Source: Betaproteobacteria bacterium
GTDB taxonomy: Bacteria > Pseudomonadota > Gammaproteobacteria > Burkholderiales > SG8-39
Length of the DNA stretch: 64,000 nt
Assembly (NCBI GenBank): GCA_947476535.1
Contig: CANJRC010000001.1
Span: forward strand, 60,023-124,022
Direction of reading: 5' to 3'
The notes below the pieces were generated by a model, which was given only the letters and a program-made list of their open reading frames with translations, did no database searches and had not been told where the DNA came from. Shown here piece by piece: positions 7,445 through 16,914 of this stretch (positions are counted from its first letter, which is position 1; each line of letters starts with the position of its first letter). A program made the translations under genes and the position numbers.

Positions 7445-9142
7445 TCACCCGCGCAAAACGACCGAGAGGCGACGCTCCCGCTTGGCCGCATGACTCCCCG
7501 CAATATAGCCGAACGTCATCGCCACACCGACCGTGCCGCCGGCACCCCAGTAGGCCTGCCCCGCGGGCGAGGCCGCGCAGTTGCCCGCCGCATACAGACC
7601 GGGAATGGGTTCACCCGCCATCGACAGCACGCGCGCGTCCTCGTCAATCACCGGCCCGCCCTTGGTATCGAGCGCGCCCGGACCGAGGATGATGCAATGG
7701 TAGGGACCGGTGGCCGCCAGCGGGTGCAGGGTGCCGCTGACCGCGCCCGGGCGCGCCTCCTGTGACCAGAAGCGGTCGATAGCGGCCTCGCCGCGGCCGA
7801 AGTCGAGGTCGCGGCCTTCGCCAGCCATGGCATTGAAGCGCGCCAGCGTCGCCGCCAGGTTGTCCTCGAACTGCGGCGCCAGCGCCACGCCGCCGGTGTG
7901 AGCCGTCAGCGCGGCAAGCCTAGCGCGGATGCCGGCGACGAGCCCCGGCCAATCGGGCGCGCTGATGATGTATTCGCGCGATTCGCCCGGCGGCGGCATG
8001 GGCGAGCGGTGCCTTGCGTATCGAGGGTCCTTGGCCCAGTGGCCGTTGATCAGCGCGTCGTCGAACACCCAGAACATCAGGTAGTTGGGGTATTCGCGCC
8101 GCGTGGCATCCCAGGTGAAGTGCACCTGCCCGCGCTCGTTATAGGGGGCCTTCTCATTCATTGCCCGCACGCCGTAGCGATTGACCATGAACATGCTGTC
8201 GCCGTAAGGCACGTAGACATCGCGCAGCGTGGCGCGGTTGCGGGCGACGAATTCCACCACGGCCTGCGACCACCAGGCGTGCGACATGTTGCCGAGCGCC
8301 GCGCCCAGCTGCTGGCCGATGCGCACGAAGTCCCCGGTGCTGCCCTCCACCGCGGAGCCCCCCATCACCGGGCCGCGCAGGTAAGCCGAGGCCATGGCTT
8401 CATCGTGGAGAAAACCGCCCGTGCCGAAAACGATGCCCTGGCGCGCGCCGATGAACTCGGCGCGATGGCCGACGCGCACTTCCAGGCCGACGGCGTCTCC
8501 CAGCTCATCACGGATGACGTTCAGCACGCGACTGTCGACCTGCACCGCCCCGCCCAGCGCCTCGAAGGCCGCTTGCAGACGGTCGATGAAGATCTGCCCC
8601 TCGCCGGGATCGATGCCCCGGCGATGGCCAGCCCACACGGTGGGGCGCAGGCTGCGGCCGATCGGCGCACGGTCCTCGGGCATCTCGGCGTAGTAGTCGG
8701 GGTAGAAAGTCTCCGCAATATCGTGCACCCCGGCATCGAGCAGCTCATCGAGGGCGATGCTGGCGGTATCGTAGTAGCGCGCGATCAGCCGGTACTTTTC
8801 GTCAGACAAGCCGAGCGTCGCGTGCGCCGCGTTGTAGCGCGTCGGGTAGGCGGACTTCGCCATGTACCGGATGGCGTCTTCGCGCGGGTCGGCCACGCCG
8901 CGCGCGCGCATGAAGCGGTTGTTGGGGATCCATATCGTGGCGCTCGACTTGGCCGTGGTGCCGCCGGTGAAGGCTGCGCGCTCCAACACCAGCACGCTGC
9001 ACCCGCACCTTGCTGCCGCCCACGCCGCAGTGAGTCCGGCCGCGCCGCTGCCGACCACCACCACGTCGACCACGCGCGTCCATTCAGAACCCCAGTCTGC
9101 GGAGCCCAAGTCCGGGGAATTACTATGATCAGAAACGATCAC
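7445..9142 (-). CDS. FAD-dependent oxidoreductase, tandem paralog of 5725..7401
   Basis: Collinear with the downstream paralog along its whole length (WGSEWT.VVDVVVVGSG.AGLTAA, GLYAAGNC). GTG 9142 is the only start available, because an in-frame TAA lies immediately upstream. Confidence 0.8.
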   Translation of the reverse strand: MIVSDHSNSPDLGSADWGSEWTRVVDVVVVGSGAAGLTAAWAAARCGCSVLVLERAAFTGGTTAKSSATIWIPNNRFMRARGVADPREDAIRYMAKSAYPTRYNAAHATLGLSDEKYRLIARYYDTASIALDELLDAGVHDIAETFYPDYYAEMPEDRAPIGRSLRPTVWAGHRRGIDPGEGQIFIDRLQAAFEALGGAVQVDSRVLNVIRDELGDAVGLEVRVGHRAEFIGARQGIVFGTGGFLHDEAMASAYLRGPVMGGSAVEGSTGDFVRIGQQLGAALGNMSHAWWSQAVVEFVARNRATLRDVYVPYGDSMFMVNRYGVRAMNEKAPYNERGQVHFTWDATRREYPNYLMFWVFDDALINGHWAKDPRYARHRSPMPPPGESREYIISAPDWPGLVAGIRARLAALTAHTGGVALAPQFEDNLAATLARFNAMAGEGRDLDFGRGEAAIDRFWSQEARPGAVSGTLHPLAATGPYHCIILGPGALDTKGGPVIDEDARVLSMAGEPIPGLYAAGNCAASPAGQAYWGAGGTVGVAMTFGYIAGSHAAKRERRLSVVLRG

Positions 9143-9180
9143 TTAGTCCCATTTTTCCTGGACTGGCACTGCTATTGTGA

Positions 9181-10383
9181 TCACCAGTTGGATTCGGCGT
9201 CGACAAAGCCGCCCACGGCCTGCCACTTCCCGCCTTTGACCTCCACGCGCTGCAAGGCCAGCGTGCCCAGATGCTGCTGCGGGCCGAAGGTCACCGGTGG
9301 GAGGATGCCCGTCTCGAAGTTTTTCAGCGTCTCCAAGGCTTTCACCAGCGATGCGCGGTTGATCGGGCCGTCGATGCGCCGCACCGCCTCCACGAAGATC
9401 TTGGCATTGCCAAAGGAGAACAGCGAACCGTAGTCCGGCTTCTCTCCCGGCGAGTACTTCGCCAGCGCCTCGCGGTACTCGCGAACCGCTGGCGTGTCGC
9501 TGTTCGGCGGCACCACGTGCGCCACCGCCCGCAGCCCTTCGACCGCCGCTCCGCCGGTGTCGATCAGGGAGTTGGTCGAAGCCGGGCCGTAGCTGTAGAC
9601 CGCCGTCTTGATGCCCTGCTGCACGATCTCTTTGGCCATGGCGATGGTTTCGCCCTGCTGCAGGATGCCGATCACGGCATCGGGCTTTCTGCGCGCGATG
9701 TCGAGAACAATCGGACCGAAGTCTGTCGTACCGAACTTGACTGGGTAGTACTCGGTCGTTACGTCCCCGCGCACCGACTTGATGCCCACCGGCACTTCCT
9801 TCGCCACGGACTCGAACACCGACAGCGCCTCATGAACGATGACGATGTTCTTGTGCCCGTCCTTGGCCATCCAGCGTCCCATGGCGCGACCATGCGCCTC
9901 GTAATAGACCAGCGTGCCGTACAGGTTGTCGCGTACCGGCCGCCACCATTCGAGCAGCCCGGCCTGCGGCAGGAGCAGCGGCACCTTGGCTTCGCCCAGC
10001 ACGTAGTCGAACGCAGCTGCCGACTGTGCGGTGCCCAGCGGGTGCACGATGGCCAGCACTTCATCACGGTCGATGAGCTTGCGCGCGGCGGTGACCGTAC
10101 GCTGAGGATTGAAACCATTGTCTTCGACCACGTACTCGAACTTTCGTCCCTTGATGCCGCCACGGTCGTTGATCATCTTGAGGTAAGCCTCGAAGCCGGC
10201 ACGCTGCGGGATGCCGTAGGCTGCGATCGGTCCGGTCAAGGTGATCCAGGCGCCGATCTTGATCTCCCTGTCGGTGACGCCAGGGCCCTGCTGCGCATGA
10301 ACGACGCCAGTGAACATCGAGCCAATGGCAAGGGACAAAGCCCCCAGCACGATGTGGCGGCGGGAATGCTTGATCTGGTTCAT
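9181..10383 (-). CDS. ABC transporter substrate-binding protein, branched-chain amino acid (LivK/Peripla_BP_6) type
   Basis: ATG 10383 follows GAGG. Signal peptide present. GVTDREIKIGAWITLTGPIAAYG is the typical N-terminus of this family. Confidence 0.75.
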   Translation of the reverse strand: MNQIKHSRRHIVLGALSLAIGSMFTGVVHAQQGPGVTDREIKIGAWITLTGPIAAYGIPQRAGFEAYLKMINDRGGIKGRKFEYVVEDNGFNPQRTVTAARKLIDRDEVLAIVHPLGTAQSAAAFDYVLGEAKVPLLLPQAGLLEWWRPVRDNLYGTLVYYEAHGRAMGRWMAKDGHKNIVIVHEALSVFESVAKEVPVGIKSVRGDVTTEYYPVKFGTTDFGPIVLDIARRKPDAVIGILQQGETIAMAKEIVQQGIKTAVYSYGPASTNSLIDTGGAAVEGLRAVAHVVPPNSDTPAVREYREALAKYSPGEKPDYGSLFSFGNAKIFVEAVRRIDGPINRASLVKALETLKNFETGILPPVTFGPQQHLGTLALQRVEVKGGKWQAVGGFVDAESNW

Positions 10384-10442
10384 GACAATGACCTCTTCAG
10401 GTTGATCGATGGTGCCGAGGGCCAAACGATTTCATGCACTGG

Positions 10443-11438
10443 CTAGCGGGGAGCCTGTCCGAAGGCAGCCGTCCAGTACGACATGTCGACGCGCGACTCG
10501 TACGAATACAGCTTGTTGCCGTGGTCGATGAAGGGCAAGCCGTACTTGTAGTAAGTGAGCGCGCCGTTCCAGTTGGACTGGCGCACGAACCCGCTGTCCG
10601 GGAACCAGAACAACTTCTCGGCCTCGACCTGCTTGGCGATGTCGGCCGGTTTGTAGGTCTTGAAATCGGGGTGCTTGACGATCTCCGCGGCCACCTGGTC
10701 CACCGGGGTCTTCTTGATGTACTCCTCGACGCGCTTGAGCGCGCGCATCAATTTCTCCACCGCCACCCGCTTCTTCTGCAGGTTGTCTTTCATGCCCCAC
10801 AGCCCCGAGCCGTAGGTCCCCTGGACGGTGTTCGGCGGCACGGTGGATGGATTGCGCGGGTCGATCAGTAGATGCAGGCCCTGCTCCAGGCCGGGCTGCA
10901 GCACGGCCATCGCGCTCACGGCACAGTCGCTGCCGCCCGAGAGGACGGAGGGGACGATCTGGTTGGCGTCGCCCAGCTCCAGGATGGTGAACTTGCCGCC
11001 GCCCGTGGTCTTGTAGGCCATTGCCGAGGAAAACACCGCGGAGCCCGCGCGCGAGGTAGACACGCGCGTGCAATCGGCAACCGTCTTCACTTTTTGCGAG
11101 GCAACCATGAAGCCGGTGGCAAGGCCCGAGCTGATGGCATAGACAATGGACGTTTCCTTGCCCTCGCGCACCGGCACCAGTGCCGAGGAGATGCCGATCA
11201 CGGAGAAATCGCCCTCGCCCGCCACCACCAGGTTGAGCGAATTGGCGAACACCGTCTTGACCGAGTAATCCAGTCCTTCCTGCTTGGCATAACCGAGCGT
11301 CTCGGCCAGGTAGATTGGCGCAAGCGGCGTGGTGTTGCCGGCGCTCAATGCCACGAGCTTGTCGGCGTTCTGGGACAGGGCCAGCGTTGAGGCGGCCGTC
11401 AGGCATAAGAGTGCAATCGCGCGAGTCAGATGCTTCAT
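10443..11438 (-). CDS. ABC transporter substrate-binding protein, NMT1/THI5-like (NitT/TauT family)
   Basis: ATG 11438 follows AAGGAGGAAA. Signal peptide MKHLTRAIALLCLTAASTLALS. Size and pattern match SsuA/TauA-like binding proteins. Confidence 0.65.
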   Translation of the reverse strand: MKHLTRAIALLCLTAASTLALSQNADKLVALSAGNTTPLAPIYLAETLGYAKQEGLDYSVKTVFANSLNLVVAGEGDFSVIGISSALVPVREGKETSIVYAISSGLATGFMVASQKVKTVADCTRVSTSRAGSAVFSSAMAYKTTGGGKFTILELGDANQIVPSVLSGGSDCAVSAMAVLQPGLEQGLHLLIDPRNPSTVPPNTVQGTYGSGLWGMKDNLQKKRVAVEKLMRALKRVEEYIKKTPVDQVAAEIVKHPDFKTYKPADIAKQVEAEKLFWFPDSGFVRQSNWNGALTYYKYGLPFIDHGNKLYSYESRVDMSYWTAAFGQAPR

Positions 11439-11482
11439 GCTTTCCTCCTTGTTGAAATTCAAATCATTGTGACTACAATTTA

Positions 11483-12238
11483 TTACGACAACGTGAGGCC
11501 ACCGTCCACCACCATGCAGTGGCCGGTGGTGTAGCTCGCCTCATCCGACAGGAGATGGCAGACCGGTGCGGCGATTTCATCGGGCTGGCCGACACGCTGC
11601 ACGCCGAAGTGCTGCGCGTGCAATTGCGCGCCCTTGGACAGGTCGCCCTCGCCGCGCTTGAGCATGTAGGGCTCGGTCATGCCGGTCTGGATGGAACCCG
11701 GCGCGACGATATTGATGCGGATGTTGTGCGGCGCCACATCGGCCGCCACCTGCCGCGACAATTGCAGAATGGCTGCCTTGGCCGCGCCATAAGGCCCATT
11801 GTTCTTCTGCGCCACCAGCGCCGCGACCGACGCCACCGTCACGATGGAGCCGCCGCCCTGCGCCTTCATGATGGGGATCAGGTACTTGAAGCAGAGGAAT
11901 GTTCCATTCAGGTGGATGGCTATCAGCCGCTTGAAGCGGTCGTACGCCCACGTCTCGATCGGGTCGGTCTCGGCGATGCCGGCGGCGGCGAAGCCGCAAT
12001 CGATGCGACCGAAGTGCTTGTGCGCTTCACCCACGACACGGGCCATGCCCGCTTCGTCCGACACATCCACCTGCAGCGCAATCGCCCCCTCCAGTTCTGA
12101 GGCAACCTTCTTGGCGGCATCGCCATTGAAGTCCGCCACGGCGACGCGTCCGCCCTCCCGCGTGAAGCGCTGTGCCACCGCGCGCGCCAGGCCTGAACCG
12201 GCGCCGGTTGCAAACAGTACTTTTCCCTTGTGCCTCAT
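11483..12238 (-). CDS. SDR family oxidoreductase
   Basis: TGAGSGLARA cofactor motif and YGAAK catalytic motif. 251 aa. Confidence 0.85.
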   Translation of the reverse strand: MRHKGKVLFATGAGSGLARAVAQRFTREGGRVAVADFNGDAAKKVASELEGAIALQVDVSDEAGMARVVGEAHKHFGRIDCGFAAAGIAETDPIETWAYDRFKRLIAIHLNGTFLCFKYLIPIMKAQGGGSIVTVASVAALVAQKNNGPYGAAKAAILQLSRQVAADVAPHNIRINIVAPGSIQTGMTEPYMLKRGEGDLSKGAQLHAQHFGVQRVGQPDEIAAPVCHLLSDEASYTTGHCMVVDGGLTLS

Positions 12239-12300
12239 GTCATTTCCTTTGTGTGTTCATTCGCGCACCTGTCGGCGCAGTCCCAGCCTTTGACTCTACA

Positions 12301-12334
12301 GCGCCGCCGAGCCTGCGTAGCAGGCGGCGCGGTC
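12301..12334 (-). repeat. REP-like palindrome, copy 1 (GACCGCGCCGCCTGCTACGCAGGCTCGGCGGCGC on minus strand)
   Basis: Abuts the stop codon (12335-12337) of the upstream SDR gene. It has the same core as the copies at 29855 and 51901. Confidence 0.8.
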
Positions 12335-13090
12335 TTATACGACGGTCTGGCCGCCGTCGATCACCATGCAGTGGCCGGTGGTGTAGGCTGCCTCGTCCGA
12401 CAGCAGGTGGCACACCGGCGCCGCGATTTCGTCCGGCTGGCCGACTCGCCCCATGACGCAGCGCGAGCCGCTCATCGCCGCTCCCTTTGCAAGGTCACCG
12501 TCGCCGCGCTTGGCATACAGCGGCTCGGTCATGTTGGTCTGGATGCTGCCCGGTGCAATGATGTTGATGCGGATATTGTCCGGCGCCACATCGGCCGCCA
12601 CCTGGCGCGACAACTGCAGGATGCCGGCCTTGGCCGCGCCGTAAGGCGCATTGCCGTGCTGGGCGACGAGCGCCGCCACCGAGGCCACCGTGACGATGGC
12701 GCCGCCGCCCTGCCCCTTCATGATCGGGATGATGTACTTGAAGCACAGGAAGGTGCCACCCAGGTGCGTATTGATCATGCGGTTGAAGCGCTCGAGCGAC
12801 CAGTTCTCGATCGGGTCGAAGTCGGCAATGCCGGCAGCAGGGAAGGCACAGTCGATGCGCCCGAATTTCTGGTGCACCTCCTTGACGGCCCTCGCGACCG
12901 CCTCTTCATTGGTGACATCGACCTGGATTGCGATTGCGCCTTCCAGCTCGGAGGCGACCTTCTTGGCTGCTTCGAGGTTGAAGTCCGCCACCGCCACGCG
13001 CCCGCCCTCGCGCGTGAAGCGCTGCGCGACCGCGCGCGCCAGCCCGGAACCGGCGCCAGTTGCAAGCAATGTCTTTCCCTTGTGACGCAT
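12335..13090 (-). CDS. SDR family oxidoreductase, tandem paralog of 11483..12238
   Basis: Same length (251 aa) and collinear sequence (MRHKGK.L.ATGAGSGLARAVAQRFTREGGRVAVADFN...). Confidence 0.85.
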   Translation of the reverse strand: MRHKGKTLLATGAGSGLARAVAQRFTREGGRVAVADFNLEAAKKVASELEGAIAIQVDVTNEEAVARAVKEVHQKFGRIDCAFPAAGIADFDPIENWSLERFNRMINTHLGGTFLCFKYIIPIMKGQGGGAIVTVASVAALVAQHGNAPYGAAKAGILQLSRQVAADVAPDNIRINIIAPGSIQTNMTEPLYAKRGDGDLAKGAAMSGSRCVMGRVGQPDEIAAPVCHLLSDEAAYTTGHCMVIDGGQTVV

Positions 13091-13168
13091 GCTGGTCCCC
13101 CTTCGTTTCGGAATGCCGGATTGTAGAGGCTAAGGCGAAGGCTGTCAGCGCCAGTCCGTTTCAGGCGC

Positions 13169-14836
13169 TCAACTCGCGCGGGGCTCGCCTTCGACCAGGC
13201 CCGCGACATGCCTCGCCGCCAGCCAGCCGAAGGCCATGGCGCGACTGAGGGAGTAGCCGCTGTTATAGCCGACGCCTGCGGCCGCCCGCGCGGAACTCTC
13301 CCCTACGGCGTACACGCCCTCGATGACGCTGCCATCGGCGCGCTGCACCCGGCCCTCGCCGTCTGCGCGCACGCCGCCAGCGGCGATACCGGTATTGAGA
13401 AGGCGGATGCGCATGCCATGGAATGGGGGCTTTTCCACCGGCGCCATGTTGGGATTGGGCTTCTGGTTCCAGTCGCCGCGAAAGCGCCGCACCGACAGGT
13501 TGGAGCCGCGACTGAAATCGAGGTCCGTGCCCTCGCGCGCCATGGTATTGAATCGTTCTGCCGTTGCGGCAAGCCCTGCGGCATCGATTCCCAGCTTCGC
13601 CGCAAGTTCACCCAGCGTGGGCGCCGAGCTCACCAGCCCCGGCATGTATTCGCCGCCCGGCATAGTGCGGCCAAGACCATACTTCTGGCGGTGGTTCTCG
13701 TCCCAGATCATGAAGATGGGCAAGTTGGCGGGCTTGCCTTGGGCGTCGTGCTTCAAGGCTTCTGCGACGATGGTGGAGTGGAACGAGTCGTCGGCAAAGC
13801 GTCGGCCCTGCCGGTTCACGAGGAAAGTGTGCGGCAGGCAGTGCTCGAAGCAGGCGCGATAGCCGGTATCACCCGGAAACTGCGGCGCATCGAACTTGTA
13901 CCCGGGTAGCACCGGCGCCGCCCATGCGGGCAGCGCGTGAATGTCCCCGCCGAGGGGTTCTACAAGCGTCATGGCATCGCCCGAGATGCCAGGCGGCGTG
14001 ACGCTGCCGCCATCGACGGTCGGGATGCCGGTGAACCTGCCCGAATATTCGCTCGACCAGTCGTGCGAACCGGTAGCGAGGATCACCGGCCCGTGCAATT
14101 CGATGTCGTGGTCGGGCGTGCGGGCGCGCAGTCCGGTCACCTGCCGGCCGTCCCGTGACAAGAGCGCCACGGCTGCCGTGCGCAGCATGAGCTTCACGCG
14201 CCGGTCGAGCACCGCCTTGAAGAGTGCGGCTGCAATGCCGGTGCCGAAGGTGAGGATGTCGTCCTCGCGGCGCTTGGCCACGAGGTCCCAATCCCATTGC
14301 GTCTTGCTCGACATGCCGCCCCACGCGAACATCTCGCCATAGGTGATGCCCACCGGGAAATGCGGGCTGACGTGCAGCAGTGCGCGCGACTCGCCCAACG
14401 CATGCCCGTCGAATGGCGCTCCGGTGAGATAGCGCCCCGCCGCGCGCGAGCCGGGCAGGGTCGGATAGTAATAGTCGGGATAATCAGGGATGACTTCCCA
14501 GCGGATGGCGCCACGCTCCTCCAACCACTGCGCAGCGCCCGCAGCCGCCCGAATCCACCGCTCGCACAAGGCCGAGTCGATGCTGGTGGTATCGCGCTTG
14601 GCCGCTGCGTGCACGTAGTCGAGCGTGGCTGCGACGTTGTCCTCCAGGCCCAGGCGCGCGGCAACGTGATTGGCTCCCGCCCACACCTGCCCGCCCGAAT
14701 AAGCCGCGGCGCCGCCGACCTTGTCGCCTTTCTCGATCAGCGTGACATCGAGCCCGGCTTCCGCCGCGGTGATGGCCGCAGTCATGCCGCCGATGCCGGC
14801 GCCCACGACAATGACAGCACCTCCCTTATGCCCCAT
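13169..14836 (-). CDS. FAD-dependent oxidoreductase (third KstD / fumarate-reductase-like flavoprotein)
   Basis: Start at MGHKGGAVIVVGAGIGGMTAAITAAEAG. GGAAAYSGGQVW motif and C-terminal GVYAVGES. Confidence 0.75.
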   Translation of the reverse strand: MGHKGGAVIVVGAGIGGMTAAITAAEAGLDVTLIEKGDKVGGAAAYSGGQVWAGANHVAARLGLEDNVAATLDYVHAAAKRDTTSIDSALCERWIRAAAGAAQWLEERGAIRWEVIPDYPDYYYPTLPGSRAAGRYLTGAPFDGHALGESRALLHVSPHFPVGITYGEMFAWGGMSSKTQWDWDLVAKRREDDILTFGTGIAAALFKAVLDRRVKLMLRTAAVALLSRDGRQVTGLRARTPDHDIELHGPVILATGSHDWSSEYSGRFTGIPTVDGGSVTPPGISGDAMTLVEPLGGDIHALPAWAAPVLPGYKFDAPQFPGDTGYRACFEHCLPHTFLVNRQGRRFADDSFHSTIVAEALKHDAQGKPANLPIFMIWDENHRQKYGLGRTMPGGEYMPGLVSSAPTLGELAAKLGIDAAGLAATAERFNTMAREGTDLDFSRGSNLSVRRFRGDWNQKPNPNMAPVEKPPFHGMRIRLLNTGIAAGGVRADGEGRVQRADGSVIEGVYAVGESSARAAAGVGYNSGYSLSRAMAFGWLAARHVAGLVEGEPRAS

Positions 14837-15127
14837 GAATGCCGCCCCCCCCTCAAGAAACGCCACCGATTATTATCGAATACTGTCTGTAGTGCGCTTT
14901 GGTTCCAACATTTTCCCGCAAATTATGATCACCGTTTCTGCGCTATTCAGCAACATTCGCCCGGCTCCAGGTACCAGCAGGAGTCGCCGGCGCCAACCCT
15001 GCCAAGTGTAATCCCGGACCGGGCCAGATCCACCCGGAACTGCAACGTGACGATTCTTCGGCCGCCTTAATGTCCCCTTAAGGTTCGCCTGCGAGCATGG
15101 ACGTGTCCAAGCCAATTGGAGGCATCC

Positions 15128-15550
15128 ATGAATGCACGAATACTGACCGCCGCACTCGCCCTGATGGGCACCCAGCTCGCCACATCCGCAACGGGGTTCG
15201 CCGCAACGCCAGCCGAGATCCAGGCCGGCTACGAAGCCTTGGCCCGCCAATCCACGTCGGGGTTCAGCGGTTTTTCCGCCGCGCGCGGCGAACAGTTCTA
15301 TCGCGCCACGCACGGCAACGACTGGAGCTGCGCCTCCTGCCATGGCGCGACGCCCTCGGTGGAAGGCAAGCACGCCAAGACCGGCAAGACGATCTCGCCG
15401 CTGGCCCCGTCGGCCGATGCGCAACGCTTCAGCGAAGCGGCCAAGGTCGAGAAATGGTTTCGCCGAAACTGCAACGATGTCGCAGGCCGCGTGTGCACGC
15501 CCCTAGAAAAGGGCGACGTCATGGCCTTCCTGCTGCGCTTCGGAAAATAA
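15128..15550 (+). CDS. Monoheme c-type cytochrome, DUF1924-like
   Basis: GGAGG lies 5 nt before ATG 15128. Signal peptide present. There is a single CASCH heme-binding motif. Confidence 0.7.
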   Translation: MNARILTAALALMGTQLATSATGFAATPAEIQAGYEALARQSTSGFSGFSAARGEQFYRATHGNDWSCASCHGATPSVEGKHAKTGKTISPLAPSADAQRFSEAAKVEKWFRRNCNDVAGRVCTPLEKGDVMAFLLRFGK

Positions 15551-15569
15551 CAAAAAGGAGGAATACATC

Positions 15570-16109
15570 ATGAGATGCAACTGCACCGCGCCCCGTCAAA
15601 CCCGTCCCTTGCTCGCCCGCACCGGTGCAATGGTTGCCACTGCCGTCACCGCAGCGGCGCTGCTGCTGGCCACCGCCAATCCCGCCGGAGCGGGCGAGCA
15701 CATCTACGATATCGGCAACAAGACCTACAAGAGCGAGTGCGGCACCTGCCATGTCGCCTATCCGCCGCAACTGCTGCCTGCAGCCTCATTGCGCCTCATC
15801 ATGTCCGGACTGGACAAGCACTTCGGCAGCGACGCGTCCATCGACCCCAAGGCAGCCGAAGAACTGGGGCGATACCTGGCGCAGAACGCCGGCCAGCGGC
15901 GCGGGCTCGAAGGCACGCCGGCGAAAAACCCGGGCGCCGGAATGACTCCACGCATCTCCACCACCCCGTGGTTCATCAAGGAGCACCGCAAGGTGGCTGA
16001 CACCATCCGCAACAACAAGACCATCGGCAATGCAGCCAATTGCGCGGCCTGCCACACGCGCGCCGACAGCGGCGACTACTCCGAGCGCAGCCTCCGTCTG
16101 CCGCGCTGA
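15570..16109 (+). CDS. Diheme cytochrome c (DHC family)
   Basis: AAGGAGG RBS. Two CxxCH motifs (CGTCH, CAACH). Signal-like N-terminus. Confidence 0.75.
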   Translation: MRCNCTAPRQTRPLLARTGAMVATAVTAAALLLATANPAGAGEHIYDIGNKTYKSECGTCHVAYPPQLLPAASLRLIMSGLDKHFGSDASIDPKAAEELGRYLAQNAGQRRGLEGTPAKNPGAGMTPRISTTPWFIKEHRKVADTIRNNKTIGNAANCAACHTRADSGDYSERSLRLPR

Positions 16110-16137
16110 CCCCCGACACACCATGCAGGAGACCACC

Positions 16138-16893
16138 ATGCCCAGCACCATCGCATCCCCCGTGTCGTCAGTACGGGCGCACCCCGAAGCGCCGGCGGCG
16201 CGCGCCCGCACGGCTCCCAGCGTGCTTCCGATGCGCCTGTTGCACTGGCTGCTCGCGGCTGCCTTTGCCGGCGCCTGGCTGACGGCCGAATCCGAACGCT
16301 GGCGAGACACTCACGTTCTGCTCGGGTACACGGTGTTCGGCCTCGTCGCGATGCGCCTGCTGTGGCACTTCGTTGCCGGTCCGCGTGCGCGCATCGTCAG
16401 CCTCATCGCCGGCCCGGTGCGCACCTGGCGCTACGTTAGCGCCCTCCTCACTAGCGCACCCGGGCAGCACATCGGGCACAATGCCATCGGCGCGTGGGCT
16501 ATCGTGCTCGTGATCGCGCTGGCATTCATGACAACGGTGACGGGATACATGACCTTTCAGAACAACGGTGGCGAAATCGTCGCCGACCTGCATGAGATGC
16601 TCGCCACGACGATGCTCTTCGCCGCCATCGCGCACATGGCGTGGATCGTCGGGCGCACTCTGTTGCGCCGCCTTGCGCAGTCCAGCGGAGCCGCCCCAAA
16701 AGCACAGCACGCACCTCGTGGCCACACACCGGATAGCCGGCCCTGGCCGCGTCGCCTCGCGGCCGCAGCGCTCGTGGCGGGTGTGGCGGCATTCTGGGCG
16801 CTGGCCCTGCACGGCGACCTGCCGGGACTGTACGGATCGGAGGCAAGTGCAACGACAATCCGCCAGGACTCGCGAAGCAAGCATGACGACTGA
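16138..16893 (+). CDS. Membrane cytochrome b (Ni/Fe-hydrogenase b-type / cytochrome b561-like)
   Basis: AGGAGA lies 6 nt before ATG 16138 (alternative ATG at 16123). RLLHWLLA and HNAIGAW histidine-bearing transmembrane helices. Confidence 0.7.
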   Translation: MPSTIASPVSSVRAHPEAPAARARTAPSVLPMRLLHWLLAAAFAGAWLTAESERWRDTHVLLGYTVFGLVAMRLLWHFVAGPRARIVSLIAGPVRTWRYVSALLTSAPGQHIGHNAIGAWAIVLVIALAFMTTVTGYMTFQNNGGEIVADLHEMLATTMLFAAIAHMAWIVGRTLLRRLAQSSGAAPKAQHAPRGHTPDSRPWPRRLAAAALVAGVAAFWALALHGDLPGLYGSEASATTIRQDSRSKHDD

Positions 16894-16914
16894 GCGCGAC
16901 CTCCGGCAGCCGCC

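Noticed and set aside
5902-7692. Long antisense ORFs opposite real genes (for example 5902..7692 +, 7898..9433 +, 9271..10446 +, 16168..17718 -, 35409..36938 +, 44353..46077 +, 58116..60065 +).
   Set aside because: These are typical high-GC shadow ORFs. Their Arg/Ala/Gly/Pro-rich translations have no recognisable motifs, and each fully overlaps a gene with clear family signatures on the other strand.
9164-9178. Sigma-54-like TGGCAC-N5-TTGT on the plus strand.
   Set aside because: It points into the 3' end of a minus-strand gene with no plus-strand gene downstream. The -12 element is imperfect (TTGT instead of TTGC), and there is no enhancer-binding protein gene nearby.
14837-14860. G8 (minus strand) and T7G8 (20056-20070) homopolymer tracts as phase-variation switches.
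   Set aside because: Both are outside coding sequence. The first probably just forms the Shine-Dalgarno region (GAGGGGGGGG), and one sequence gives no evidence of length variation. They are kept only as a low-interest note.
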